Shown piece after piece: positions 48,551-59,003 of a DNA stretch of 64,000 nt (its first letter is position 1; each line of letters opens with the position of its first letter). The stretch comes from a bacterium (GTDB lineage Bacteria > Patescibacteriota > Saccharimonadia > Saccharimonadales > Saccharimonadaceae): the NCBI GenBank assembly GCA_030429445.1, contig JAUIFG010000003.1, positions 9,099 through 73,098 of the forward strand, written 5' to 3'. The position numbers and the translations under genes are program-made. The notes under the pieces were generated by a model that worked only from the letters and a program-made list of their open reading frames with translations, had not been told where the DNA came from and searched no databases.

Positions 48551-49667
48551 CCGCCACCGTTATCAGCACAACAAGTGCCATTAATACTAAAAAGCCTGTT
48601 GCCTGAATCTTCTCTTCGCGTTCTTTCGTCAATTTTTTCTTGAGCGCATAAAAAGCAGTCATCGTAAACCAGCGACCCCCGTCAAGCGCAGGAATTGGAA
48701 GTACGTTCATGACAGCCAATGCGATTGATACAACAGAGATAAGCATAACAAGCGACGTCAGACCTGCCTGTTGAGCGGCTGGGAAAATTACACCCAATAT
48801 ACCCACTGGACCGGCAACACTATCACCCGCTGCTGCCACTTCTTTGCTACCCGCTTTTCGCTGTTCTTCATCCCCAAACAACTGCAAACCAATGCCATTC
48901 ACTAAATTACCAACGAGCCCGCCAACACCCTTAAGTGTTTCCCATGTCAATTGACCTGCCGTCGCAATGCCAACAATCGGCGCCGACCATGTCGAACGTG
49001 TCTCGGTGGCTTGAACGATGCTGGCACCAAACAGTGTCTCACCCTCATGCCTCAGCGTCACCGAAGTCGCTGCCTCACGACCATCTCGCGAATAAATCAC
49101 CTCTGCTTCTCTACCCTTATACTCCCTCGTTAAGTCAATAAAAGCCTGGGTAGTTTCAACTTGTTGTCCAGCAAAACGCAAAATTTTATCACGTGATTGC
49201 AAACCCGCTTCTGCCGCTGGATAGTTCGGGCTAAGCGTTCCCAACTGTACGGGTTGATACAGCGTTTTCGTATCGCCTTCGATTGAAAATTGATTTGGAA
49301 TAACCTGCGGCAAACCAGTGATAGCCAAGACTGTGAGTAGTATCGCCGCTGTCACCCAATTAATGAATACACCAGCAAGCAATATTCTTGTCTTTACCCA
49401 ATAACTCGCCGCGCCATAATCACCCTCTTTGTCAGCTTCGTCATACTCACCCTTTAGTTTGACGAAACCTCCAAGCGGTAACCAGTTTAAGCTAAATAGA
49501 ATTTTGTTTTTTAGCTTTTTACTCCATGCTCGTGGTGGAAAACCAATACCAAACTCTTCGACAACGACCCCATTTCGTCGTGCAACAATCGCGTGACCTA
49601 GCTCGTGCACTACGACCAAAAATGTTAGTGCAAGCAACCCCACAATGATACCAAAGACTATTTCCAC
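48528..49667 (-). CDS. M50 site-2 protease RseP-like (PDZ)
   Basis: VHELGH, LPLGGFV, NVLPIPALDGG. Confidence 0.93.
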   Translation of the reverse strand: MEIVFGIIVGLLALTFLVVVHELGHAIVARRNGVVVEEFGIGFPPRAWSKKLKNKILFSLNWLPLGGFVKLKGEYDEADKEGDYGAASYWVKTRILLAGVFINWVTAAILLTVLAITGLPQVIPNQFSIEGDTKTLYQPVQLGTLSPNYPAAEAGLQSRDKILRFAGQQVETTQAFIDLTREYKGREAEVIYSRDGREAATSVTLRHEGETLFGASIVQATETRSTWSAPIVGIATAGQLTWETLKGVGGLVGNLVNGIGLQLFGDEEQRKAGSKEVAAAGDSVAGPVGILGVIFPAAQQAGLTSLVMLISVVSIALAVMNVLPIPALDGGRWFTMTAFYALKKKLTKEREEKIQATGFLVLMALVVLITVADVGKIIS

Positions 49668-49669
49668 GG

Positions 49670-50224
49670 CTATACCTTCAGAATATCCTGTTCTTTAACC
49701 TTAAATGCGGCGTCAATCTTTGCCTGAAAATCTGCGACTAACTTATCAACGGCCTTCTCTACCGCCTTTACATCATCTTCAGTCAATTCCTTGGCTTCTT
49801 TTTTACGTTTTGCTTCTTGCAACGCATCCTGACGAGCACCTCGCAAGCCAATTCGAGCGTCTTCTACCTTTTCGCCCAATTGTTTTACCAATTGGCGACG
49901 TCGCTCTTCGGTAAGTGGAGGTACTGGTATTCGAACAATACGACCATCATCGGATGGATTGAATCCGAGTGATTGATCGTTACGAATCGAAGTTGAAATT
50001 GCCTCCAGGTTTGTTGGATCAAATGGTGTAATCTGCAACAATTGTGGCTCTGGGCACGACACATTTGCCACCTGATTGAGCGGCATCATCGAACCATATG
50101 CCTCGACCTTAACATCATCGAGCATACTGGCTTGTGCACGACCAGTTTGCACCTTGCGAAGCTCGCCCTCAAAATGCTCGAGTGCAGCTTCCATCTTTAG
50201 TTCATATGTATCAGTATTAAACAT
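49670..50224 (-). CDS. frr: Ribosome recycling factor
   Basis: TGRA, LNQVANV, NPSDDG, VPPLTEERR. Confidence 0.97.
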   Translation of the reverse strand: MFNTDTYELKMEAALEHFEGELRKVQTGRAQASMLDDVKVEAYGSMMPLNQVANVSCPEPQLLQITPFDPTNLEAISTSIRNDQSLGFNPSDDGRIVRIPVPPLTEERRRQLVKQLGEKVEDARIGLRGARQDALQEAKRKKEAKELTEDDVKAVEKAVDKLVADFQAKIDAAFKVKEQDILKV

Positions 50225-50267
50225 AATTTATCTCTTTTTAGTATAGCAAATTAATTTCCTCAGAATA

Positions 50268-50295
50268 ATAAAATCGCCCCAAGGGGCGATTTTAT
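50268..50295 (-). terminator. Intrinsic terminator after tsf
   Basis: ATAAAATCGCCCC-AA-GGGGCGATTTTAT. Confidence 0.85.
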
Positions 50296-50309
50296 CGAAT
50301 ATGATTCCC

Positions 50310-50906
50310 TTATTCCGTAACGCCAAGCTCAATACGACGAAACTGTGAAATACGAACGTTCTCACCGTTTTGTGCGATTTGTTCCTTGATGCGCTGTTCA
50401 ACGGTCTTACTATCATCTAGGACGAAGACCTGTTCAGCCAATACTTGCTCAGCGAAATGCTTTTTTAGTTGTCCTTCGACAATTTTTTCTGCCATTTCAG
50501 CTGGTTTGCTTTTTAGCGAATCGCTTTCTAACAGTTCTTTCTTTTTTGCATTCATCACGTCAGCCGGGATGTCTTCCATTGTTGAATATTTTGGAGACAT
50601 AGCAGCAATTTGCATCGCCATCTGATGAGCAAATTCTTTGAATTCAGGTAGACGCGCAACAAAATCTGTCTCGCAATTTACTTCGACAACAACGCCAATA
50701 CGATCAGAGTGCACATAGCTTTCGATGATGCCGGAACGAGTCTCACGATCACCCTTTTTCTCTGCCTTTGTTACGCCTTTTTTGCGAAGTACTTCAAGAG
50801 CCTTGTCAAAGTCACCCTCGGCCTCTACGAGTGCTTTTTTTGCATCTGTCAGACCAATACCTGTCAACTCTTTTAATTTTTTAATGTCATCTATACTAAC
50901 GCTCAT
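50310..50906 (-). CDS. tsf: Elongation factor Ts (short form)
   Basis: IKKLKELTG.G..DAKKAL, EVNCETDFVA. Confidence 0.97.
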   Translation of the reverse strand: MSVSIDDIKKLKELTGIGLTDAKKALVEAEGDFDKALEVLRKKGVTKAEKKGDRETRSGIIESYVHSDRIGVVVEVNCETDFVARLPEFKEFAHQMAMQIAAMSPKYSTMEDIPADVMNAKKKELLESDSLKSKPAEMAEKIVEGQLKKHFAEQVLAEQVFVLDDSKTVEQRIKEQIAQNGENVRISQFRRIELGVTE

Positions 50907-51607
50907 TATGCATTCCCTTTCTTTGTCACACCCTCCGCAACTGCGTCACAAAAGTAATCCAGCAATACTTGAGTGCCCTTAATTGTGTCATCATTGCCAG
51001 GTACAACATATTTGATTGGAGTAGGATCAACATTCGTATCAACAACGCCAACAATAGGAATACCCAGTACGTTTGCTTCTTTCACTGCGCCATCATCAGC
51101 CAAGACATCTAGAATGACAACCGCACCCGGACGTCCATTGAGACTCTTGATGCCACCGTATTTCGTATTTAGCTCTTCAACTTCTTCACGAAATCGTTGA
51201 ACTTCCAGTTTGTTATAGCGTTTTTCTAAATCGCCGTTTTCCAATCGTTGTTCGAGATCCTTCAGCTTTTTCACTTGCTGATTTATAGTGTTGATATTCG
51301 TCAAAATACCGCCGATCCAACGTTCAGTCACATATGGCTGGCCCACTTTTTCGGCAGATGCCTTTACGACGTCTTTCATTTGCTTCCTTGTTCCAACAAA
51401 CAATACTTGCTTGCCGCCTGCCACAACGTCAGTCAAGAACGGCAACACTACATCAAGTGCCTCAACGGTTTTTGTTAGGTCAATGATATGGCTATCTTGA
51501 CGCTTGCTATGAATGTACGGTGCCATTTTAGGATGCCACCTACTGGTTTTATGTCCGAAATGCACACCCGCTTCGAACAATGCTTTAATATCGACTTTTG
51601 CAGCCAT
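50906..51607 (-). CDS. rpsB: 30S ribosomal protein S2
   Basis: EAGVHFGH.TSRWHPKM, RWIGG.LTN, VDTN.DP, PGNDD. Confidence 0.97.
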   Translation of the reverse strand: MAAKVDIKALFEAGVHFGHKTSRWHPKMAPYIHSKRQDSHIIDLTKTVEALDVVLPFLTDVVAGGKQVLFVGTRKQMKDVVKASAEKVGQPYVTERWIGGILTNINTINQQVKKLKDLEQRLENGDLEKRYNKLEVQRFREEVEELNTKYGGIKSLNGRPGAVVILDVLADDGAVKEANVLGIPIVGVVDTNVDPTPIKYVVPGNDDTIKGTQVLLDYFCDAVAEGVTKKGNA

Positions 51608-51760
51608 TGTTACTCCTTTTTCCTCACTGCCAGCCCTGAAAATCAGGAGCGCGCTAGCAGTTGTGTCATTAAAATAGTTACTCGAATACTCTAACAGAGG
51701 TGATGAAATATGTCAATGCTCTGGAACGAATACAAACATTAGTGATATACTAATTTCATT

Positions 51761-52255
51761 ATGAAAAACCTATTCCGTGTTGTCGCAAATAAAATATCCG
51801 TATGGACAGGTACCGCCACAGTCTTTCTTGGCGCCATACTTATTGTTATCGTATGGGCAACCACTGGTCCTTTTTTTCACTTTTCCGATACTTGGCAACT
51901 TGTCATCAACACAGGCACCACTATTATTACCTTTTTAATGGTTTTTTTAATCCAAAATACGCAAAATCGTGACGGTAAAGCCGTTCAACTAAAACTTGAT
52001 GAGCTTATACGCGCGACGAAAGGAGCCAGAGCTTCATACGTAGGGCTTGAAGATTTGAGCGACGAGGATTTATCTGCTCTCGACAAAGAGTTCAAGATGC
52101 TCACACAAAGCCCTGGAGCTGTTCGTGCACTTAACAAACTACATGAAAAAATCGAGGAAGAACACGCTCGTCGAAGCAGCCTCCGTGACCGCGCAGCACA
52201 TATTTTGCACCACGACCACAACGATATAGATAAAAATGTCAACAAACACCTTTGA
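51761..52255 (+). CDS. Low-affinity iron permease family protein (Fet4-like)
   Basis: FSDTWQLVINTGTTIITFLMVFLIQNTQNRD..A.QLKLDELI. Confidence 0.92.
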   Translation: MKNLFRVVANKISVWTGTATVFLGAILIVIVWATTGPFFHFSDTWQLVINTGTTIITFLMVFLIQNTQNRDGKAVQLKLDELIRATKGARASYVGLEDLSDEDLSALDKEFKMLTQSPGAVRALNKLHEKIEEEHARRSSLRDRAAHILHHDHNDIDKNVNKHL

Positions 52256-52280
52256 CATTTCTCTATAAGCACGCTATAAT
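52252..52280 (+). promoter_or_regulatory. Consensus sigma70 promoter of rpmE2
   Basis: TTGACA-17 nt-TATAAT, 9 nt before the ATG. Confidence 0.75.
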
Positions 52281-52289
52281 ACTCCAGAT

Positions 52290-52616
52290 ATGAAGAGTAA
52301 TTTGCATCCGACAAGCTACCGACCTGTCGTCTTTTCTGACGATACTGCTGGCTTTTCCTTCCTTACGCAGTCAACCGCAAAAGCTGACGATACAGTTAAA
52401 TGGGAGGACGGAAACGAATACCCTCTTGTAAAGATTCATGTTTCTAGCGCATCTCACCCCTTCTTTACGGGCGAAGAAAAGATTATTGATACCGAAGGTC
52501 GTGTTGACCGATTTAAAGCTCGTGCTGCTGCCGCACAAGAACGCAAAATGCAACTAGCGAATAAAGCCAAAAAAGCCAAAGCAACTGCAGCAAAAAAAGA
52601 TAAAGCCGACGAATAA
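52290..52616 (+). CDS. rpmE2: 50S ribosomal protein L31 type B
   Basis: HP..YRPVVF.D, VSSASHPFFTG, DTEGRVDRF; no Cys. Confidence 0.93.
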   Translation: MKSNLHPTSYRPVVFSDDTAGFSFLTQSTAKADDTVKWEDGNEYPLVKIHVSSASHPFFTGEEKIIDTEGRVDRFKARAAAAQERKMQLANKAKKAKATAAKKDKADE

Positions 52617-52629
52617 ACCAGGTAGAAGC

Positions 52630-52659
52630 AAAGAGACCGTTCTTGCAACGGTCTCTTTT
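52630..52659 (+). terminator. Intrinsic terminator after rpmE2
   Basis: AAAGAGACCGTT...AACGGTCTCTTTT. Confidence 0.8.
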
Positions 52660-52678
52660 GATACAATAAGGATAAGTT

Positions 52679-53746
52679 ATGCCAAAAATTGAACTGAACG
52701 TAGACGAACTAAACGCCGAAAAGGAAGAAATCGGTGAATTTTTGACATCTCCTAACGCCTACAACGACCCCGACTTTACTGCAAAAAACAAACGATTTAC
52801 CGAACTCGAAAACATTATTGAAAAAGTCTCGCTGAATGATACCCTTGAACAACAACTTACTGAAGCACGAGAACTTGCCAATGGCAACGATGAGTTAGCT
52901 GAGCTCGCAAAATTAGAGGTCGCCGAGACAGAAAAAAAGCTTGCCACCCTTGAAGATGAGCTCTTCGTCATGCTGACTCCGCGTGATCCAAACGATGACA
53001 AGAACGTTATCGTCGAAATTCGTGCTGGCGCTGGAGGTGACGAAGCAAGCTTATTTGCAGCTGAACTCTATCGAATGTACCTACGTTACTGCGAAGCGCA
53101 TGATCTAAAAACTGAGCTAATAAGTGAAAGTGCGAATGATACCGGTGGTTACAAAGAAGTTATTTTTAAAATCGTTGGCGACTCACCGTATGCACGGCTG
53201 AAGTTTGAAAGTGGCGTTCATCGCGTACAACGCATTCCAGCCACTGAATCCCAGGGGCGCATTCACACCAGTACTGTGACCGTTGCCGTTTTGCCGGAAG
53301 CCGAAGAAACAGATGTTGAAATTAATCCATCGGATCTACGTATCGATATTTATCGTGCCAGTGGCCATGGTGGTCAGTCAGTTAACACGACAGATAGTGC
53401 CGTGCGTATTACCCATTTACCGAGTGGCATGGTCGTCACGAATCAAGATGAAAAGTCACAAATAAAAAACAAAGACAAGGCCATGAGCGTCCTTCGTAGT
53501 CGCCTATTGCAGCAAAAAATTGACGAAGAAAATGCTAAGCTCGATGCCGAACGCCGAGGATTAATTGGTACTGGCGATCGTTCGGAAAAAATCCGCACCT
53601 ACAACTTCCCCCAAGACCGCATCACTGACCATCGTATCGGGTACAGTCGTAGTGCCATCCCATCTGCGATGAATGGTCAAATAGATGATTTAATTGAGCA
53701 TTTGCAAGCCTACGAACGCGAGCTTGCTGCCAAAAATGCAGCTTAA
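52679..53746 (+). CDS. prfA: Peptide chain release factor 1
   Basis: [10 protein letters not shown] (PxT), [15 protein letters not shown]. Confidence 0.97.
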   Translation: MPKIELNVDELNAEKEEIGEFLTSPNAYNDPDFTAKNKRFTELENIIEKVSLNDTLEQQLTEARELANGNDELAELAKLEVAETEKKLATLEDELFVMLTPRDPNDDKNVIVEIRAGAGGDEASLFAAELYRMYLRYCEAHDLKTELISESANDTGGYKEVIFKIVGDSPYARLKFESGVHRVQRIPATESQGRIHTSTVTVAVLPEAEETDVEINPSDLRIDIYRASGHGGQSVNTTDSAVRITHLPSGMVVTNQDEKSQIKNKDKAMSVLRSRLLQQKIDEENAKLDAERRGLIGTGDRSEKIRTYNFPQDRITDHRIGYSRSAIPSAMNGQIDDLIEHLQAYERELAAKNAA

Positions 53747-53819
53747 AGATTCCTTCCTTTACACTTGATATTATCCAGACTGCTTTGCGATTTTTTAACA
53801 GAGGTGAGATAATAAGGCC

Positions 53820-54641
53820 ATGAGTATAGATGAGTGGCTCGCCATGGCGACCAAGGAACTATCAAGCACAGGTATCCCCTCTGCCAGGCTCGATGCGGAA
53901 CTCATTTTGTCACATACCATCCGCAAACCAAGGACATATCTACACGCACACAATAGTGAAACCATCGAGAGCAATCGTAAAGAAGTTGCCGATGCACGCC
54001 TGCGAATGCGCCTGGAACGCACTCCTATTGCCTACATTGTTGGACACAAGGAGTTCTACGGTCGACACTTCAAAACCACCCCTGCAGCCCTTATTCCCCG
54101 TCCGGAGTCAGAGACAATCATCGAACTATTGAAAGAAATCGTTCCGAAAAGCAATCGAACTTTATCAAAAATTCATCTAATCGATGTCGGCACAGGCACG
54201 GGCTGCTTGGGAATCAGCGCCAAATTAGAGTGGCCAGAACTCGACGTCACCCTCACCGACACGAGCCAACACGCCCTCAACTTAGCTCACAAAAATGCAG
54301 ATTTACTAGGTGCTGAAGTCCATTTTCTCAGAAATAATCTACTACGTGGCTTGACTGCTCCGATTGATATTATTATTGCTAATCTGCCTTACGTTGATCG
54401 TATCTGGGACATCTCGCCAGAAACAAACAACGAGCCAGATGACGCCCTTTTCGCGCACGACGGAGGTCTTGCCTTAATATTCCAACTAATCGAACAAGCA
54501 TCTCAGATACTTAAACCTGGCGGACACTTGCTACTTGAGTCAGACAAACGTCAACAATCTGACATCATCACATTTGCAAAGAAACACACCTTTGAACATC
54601 GCAAGACATCTGATTTGATCACATATTTTGTTCACGCATAA
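53820..54641 (+). CDS. prmC: Release factor glutamine methyltransferase
   Basis: LIPRPESE, DVGTGTG, ANLPY; follows prfA. Confidence 0.93.
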   Translation: MSIDEWLAMATKELSSTGIPSARLDAELILSHTIRKPRTYLHAHNSETIESNRKEVADARLRMRLERTPIAYIVGHKEFYGRHFKTTPAALIPRPESETIIELLKEIVPKSNRTLSKIHLIDVGTGTGCLGISAKLEWPELDVTLTDTSQHALNLAHKNADLLGAEVHFLRNNLLRGLTAPIDIIIANLPYVDRIWDISPETNNEPDDALFAHDGGLALIFQLIEQASQILKPGGHLLLESDKRQQSDIITFAKKHTFEHRKTSDLITYFVHA

Positions 54642-54650
54642 CAAGTCAGT

Positions 54651-55847
54651 TTACTGACCATATGTTTCAAGAGTTGCTTTCACGACTTGCTCATCACCAT
54701 CTCTCAGCAAAGTGATCTCGACCGTCTCGCCGGTTGCATATTCAGATACAAGTGATGCTACACTACCTTTATCACCAACCGCCAATCCACCAATTTTAAT
54801 AATAATGTCACCGTCCTTAATGCCAGCCTTTTGGGCGGGACTATCACCAATGACACTCTGCCCTTTTTCGGCAAAAACATATGCACCCTTCTTGACTGGT
54901 AATTCATATTCTTTTGCCACTTCGGGATTAATTGTAATATAATTAATGCCTAGATATGCTCGTGCGATCTTACCGCTACTCTTAAGATGCTTAATGATTC
55001 CCTTTGCAGAATTAATCGGTATCGAAAATCCGATGCTCTGTGCGTCCTCGGCAATTGCTGTATTAACACCAATCACCTGACCGCTTAGGTTGACTAGTGG
55101 ACCGCCAGAATTACCTGGATTGATAGCAGCATCTGTTTGCAATAAGTCAGTGAGAGCCTCCACCTTACTGCCTTCTTTTGCATAAATAGGACGTCCAGTG
55201 CCAGAGATAATTCCACTTGTCACTGTATTTTGAAACTCACCAAGTGAATTACCAACTGCTACAACCGTTTGACCAATACGAACTGTACTGGAATCACCAA
55301 GCTTTGCTGGTTTTAAATTTTTTACACCACTAATCTTTAAAAATGCTAAATCATTGAGAGGATCCTTTCCGGCCACCTTCACATTTTCATACACTGTGCC
55401 ATCGCTCAAAATAACTGACAGCTGCCCACTATCCGAAACCACGTGCTTGTTCGTCAATATCCATCCGTCATTTGTCAAGATAATACCACTCCCAGCACCC
55501 TCTTCAACCTGATTGCCAAACAACGACCCTCTTTGCTCGGTAGTAATAATTGAAACCACACTCGCACTAATCTTTTCAACTACTCCAGAGATGTTACCTA
55601 CTTCGCCATTAACAATTGCGTTACCATCGCTAGTACGGTCAACGACTGTTGTAGGCGGATAAAGCTGAAAAGCGACGTATCCCCCGCCTAGCCCAGCACC
55701 AAAACACAAAGCCAATATTAAAAACAAAAGCGAACCGTAGCGCACCTTATGCGAAGGCTTCGATACTTTACTTACTACCGATTCTTGCCCATCTTGTTTC
55801 ATAAATTGCTGATCCACCTTAAATTCCCGATATTGCTTATGAGACAC
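54651..55847 (-). CDS. HtrA/DegP-like S1C serine protease with PDZ
   Basis: GSGII, LTNKHVV, DLAFLK, QTDAAINPGNSGGPL. Confidence 0.95.
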   Translation of the reverse strand: MSHKQYREFKVDQQFMKQDGQESVVSKVSKPSHKVRYGSLLFLILALCFGAGLGGGYVAFQLYPPTTVVDRTSDGNAIVNGEVGNISGVVEKISASVVSIITTEQRGSLFGNQVEEGAGSGIILTNDGWILTNKHVVSDSGQLSVILSDGTVYENVKVAGKDPLNDLAFLKISGVKNLKPAKLGDSSTVRIGQTVVAVGNSLGEFQNTVTSGIISGTGRPIYAKEGSKVEALTDLLQTDAAINPGNSGGPLVNLSGQVIGVNTAIAEDAQSIGFSIPINSAKGIIKHLKSSGKIARAYLGINYITINPEVAKEYELPVKKGAYVFAEKGQSVIGDSPAQKAGIKDGDIIIKIGGLAVGDKGSVASLVSEYATGETVEITLLRDGDEQVVKATLETYGQ

Positions 55848-56637
55848 CTATAGCTGCCTGATTAAACGGCGTGTATAACATTACAATGAGTACAGCGATG
55901 AGGAGAAGTACTGGTAATAATACGTCGTTTCTACGTATTTTATCGTGGTGATGATATGAATTATAAACACGCTCTGCAACAAAACTAAATCCCAATAGAA
56001 TAAGGGCTACTTGTGGCAGCTTTAGACCAGCAGCGGATGGAAGCGTATACGCAATCGTCCAATGATACGTTATCCAACCAATTTCTGCTGCAACAAATCC
56101 CCACGCCAGACTGAGAAACCGAAGGCTCTCGTCAGAGTACGAAGCAAGCACGTGTCGCGCGCTTGTGTATCCTATCAACCACATACCTATTACGACAAGA
56201 CTAGAAGGCCATTCATAAGACACGCTCGCAAGCGCCATAGTCCCTACAAAAATTGCAATTCCAGCCTGAATAGCAATTGCTCGTCGATTACCCCGAGGCT
56301 TTATAACCAATAACCACACCGCATAAAGAGATGCAAGAATTGCCTGCACAATAAGTCCCTGCAAGCTCTCTGCCTGTCCTGCGAGGAATATCAGCAGCAC
56401 GACGCTCACGCTCACAAGAATATCCACCATGTTTACTTCAATATGCGTAAACCAGTATCGTGGACGAACCGCTAGCACGCGCCATTTACTAAGTAATACG
56501 ATAGCTAATCCCAACCAGGGCGAACCAGTCGCCCATACCGCAGCTAACACGGCAAGCGCGAGTCCAATATTGAGCAAGATATAAACCGACTCGCTAAGAA
56601 ACGACCCCCGTCTTTTTACAACTCGCAGAAATTCCAT
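55837..56637 (-). CDS. Multi-TM hypothetical membrane protein
   Basis: About 8 TM segments; SKWRVLAVRPRYW. Confidence 0.8.
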   Translation of the reverse strand: MEFLRVVKRRGSFLSESVYILLNIGLALAVLAAVWATGSPWLGLAIVLLSKWRVLAVRPRYWFTHIEVNMVDILVSVSVVLLIFLAGQAESLQGLIVQAILASLYAVWLLVIKPRGNRRAIAIQAGIAIFVGTMALASVSYEWPSSLVVIGMWLIGYTSARHVLASYSDESLRFLSLAWGFVAAEIGWITYHWTIAYTLPSAAGLKLPQVALILLGFSFVAERVYNSYHHHDKIRRNDVLLPVLLLIAVLIVMLYTPFNQAAIGVS

Positions 56638-56657
56638 ACTTCTACTAGTATATCATG

Positions 56658-58310
56658 TTAGTTGCTGCTTGTGTTTTTAGGCGGCTCTGGTCCTATTATC
56701 AATACAAATTTAATAGTTGAATCAACAGTAATCGGTGGATCACCCTTCGTAATTTTTACTCCATACCGTTTTTGTAGCTTTGATGATGTGCCACTATTGC
56801 CGCTACCAATCTTGTACAAAGTATACTGCTTATAACTACCGGCCGGCGCATCACCAGCGTAGGATACCGTGAATTTAGCAGCCTTAAGTAATTCCGACTC
56901 TTTCGTTGCAACGCCCGCTACATTTGAGCCGTTCAGGACAACGATTGGCGCAGCTTCACGAACAACTGGATTTGACGATAGTTTTTGCTTGATTAAGGCT
57001 CTTAGCTGGTCGTAATTAAACACCCCTGCACTTGGTATAACAGCGCTCACCCCATTGATACTACCTGTCGTCATGACAGGGTTATCGCCATCAATAAGAC
57101 TAATCGATTTGATATCCTCGCTCTTGATTTCTTGAGCTAATGCAACAAGCGTGCGAAACTCCTTGAAATCAAATGTTGTGCGCAGATTTTTGCCAAGTGC
57201 ATCGATGATTGCACTGACCTTCTTGAAATCACTCAAAACACCGACACTAACCGCCTTTTCCCGCAATGCCTTGATGATCTTTTGCTGATTCTTCTCTCGA
57301 TCAAAATTAGACTGCTCAAAGCCATACGTTGGCGCACGATCACCCCGTGCTTGTGCAAGATACAGTGCATGCTCGGCATCTAGCTTTACAGGGCCATTCG
57401 GATAATCAATAAAGTGTCCATTCGGCGGGCACCGCTTGATACGTTCAGCATACGAAGATCCACACTTCCAATCAAAATTACTATCCATCTGCCCATTGGG
57501 ATGACGACTGTCTATTGTTACGGTGATGCTACCCCCAACAGCATTCACCAGTTCACGCATAACCGTATAGTTCACGTTAATACCGTATTGAACCTGGAGA
57601 CCAAAAATTTTACCAACAAAACCTGCCTCCTTAGTCAAAGCTTTTCTATCATGGGCAACGCCTGTTCCTTCATGAGCACAACCATAGTATTCATTTATTT
57701 TACCTTGGTAGCCAGCATTACACGCCCTGCCGTACTCTACATACAAATCACGTGGAATACTGATCATGAATGCGTCTTTTGTTGTTTGATTCAAACTGAG
57801 AATCATCATTGAATCGGTCAAACTTGCACCTTGATGACCAGGATCGTCCTCGGACGTACCAACAATCAATATATTACTGCGACCATTAGCATCCTGCTTT
57901 AGGGGAACTGTCTGAAATATCTCAAATACATTGCCCTGAAAGACATTTGACCCTGCAATAAATGCCCGAATTCCAAAAAATATTCCAAAGCCAATCACTA
58001 CTACCAGTAATAGTAGTAGTGAGAGTTTGACCCACTTTTTACGAAGGAATTTTGGCATCAACCGTCGGCGTTGTTTTTTCTTTGGCTCCTTTTGATCTTC
58101 ATCATCAATGCCATTTAATGACTCGTCAATTTCATTCCTATCGATACTACCCAAACCTTTCAATGTTGTTGGGGCGGTTTTTTTCTCAGGTTTGTCATTA
58201 TCAACACTCGCAAACTCTTCTGGATTTTTTTCACCACCAATAGTACCTCCAACCTTTCGCTTTGGTCGGCGAGGTACAAATCCTTCAAGTGACGTCTGTT
58301 TTTTACCCAT
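56658..58310 (-). CDS. LCP (LytR-CpsA-Psr) family protein with LytR C-terminal domain
   Basis: NILIVG, TDSMMI, ISIPRDLYV, AL.LA.AR, F.RE.NQQ, VVLNGS. Confidence 0.92.
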   Translation of the reverse strand: MGKKQTSLEGFVPRRPKRKVGGTIGGEKNPEEFASVDNDKPEKKTAPTTLKGLGSIDRNEIDESLNGIDDEDQKEPKKKQRRRLMPKFLRKKWVKLSLLLLLVVVIGFGIFFGIRAFIAGSNVFQGNVFEIFQTVPLKQDANGRSNILIVGTSEDDPGHQGASLTDSMMILSLNQTTKDAFMISIPRDLYVEYGRACNAGYQGKINEYYGCAHEGTGVAHDRKALTKEAGFVGKIFGLQVQYGINVNYTVMRELVNAVGGSITVTIDSRHPNGQMDSNFDWKCGSSYAERIKRCPPNGHFIDYPNGPVKLDAEHALYLAQARGDRAPTYGFEQSNFDREKNQQKIIKALREKAVSVGVLSDFKKVSAIIDALGKNLRTTFDFKEFRTLVALAQEIKSEDIKSISLIDGDNPVMTTGSINGVSAVIPSAGVFNYDQLRALIKQKLSSNPVVREAAPIVVLNGSNVAGVATKESELLKAAKFTVSYAGDAPAGSYKQYTLYKIGSGNSGTSSKLQKRYGVKITKGDPPITVDSTIKFVLIIGPEPPKNTSSN

Positions 58311-58400
58311 AGATACTCAGTATACTATACAGAATTATTACGCTTAAGACTAGTTTGATTCGCTAGTATATTCATCTTGCTTGAGGTATAGTGAATTGGA

Positions 58401-59003
58401 ATGGTACGAACATTTATCGAACGACATCCTTGGTTAAAAGATGCAGGAGGGTTGCTGTTGTTTGCCGTTGCCGTCCTAGTAGGTACGATCCTTATCAATA
58501 CCTATGTTTTTCGTAGCTTTAACGTTGAAGGCCCGAGCATGGAAACGACTCTTTCTACGGGCGATCGCCTGATAGTAAATCGCCTTCCTGTCACCTGGGC
58601 GCAACTGCAAAATACCGAATATATTCCAGAACGCGGCCAAATCATCGTCTTTAAAAACCCCCGCTATACAATCGGAAGCCCCGATGAGTACATCGTCAAA
58701 CGTGTCATAGGCCTGCCCGGTGAAAAGGTTGCTCTCAAGGACGGGCATTTCACTGTCTATAACAACGCTCATCCAGAGGGATTCAATCCGGATGACACGA
58801 ACAACAAAGAACCAGGCAGTCCAACATCAGGTACCGAAAAAGAGGTTATCGTACCAGATGAAACCCTCTACGTAGCCGGTGATCACCGTACAGGTAATTA
58901 TTCTTTTGACTCTCGCAATGGTCTTGGATTTATACCTCTTTACGACATTGTCGGTCCAGTGAGTGCTCGACTACTCCCAATCACTGGCCTACGCGGATTC
59001 TAG
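58401..59003 (+). CDS. lepB: Signal peptidase I
   Basis: GPSMETTL, IVKRVIGLPG, GDHR...SFDSR. Confidence 0.95.
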   Translation: MVRTFIERHPWLKDAGGLLLFAVAVLVGTILINTYVFRSFNVEGPSMETTLSTGDRLIVNRLPVTWAQLQNTEYIPERGQIIVFKNPRYTIGSPDEYIVKRVIGLPGEKVALKDGHFTVYNNAHPEGFNPDDTNNKEPGSPTSGTEKEVIVPDETLYVAGDHRTGNYSFDSRNGLGFIPLYDIVGPVSARLLPITGLRGF

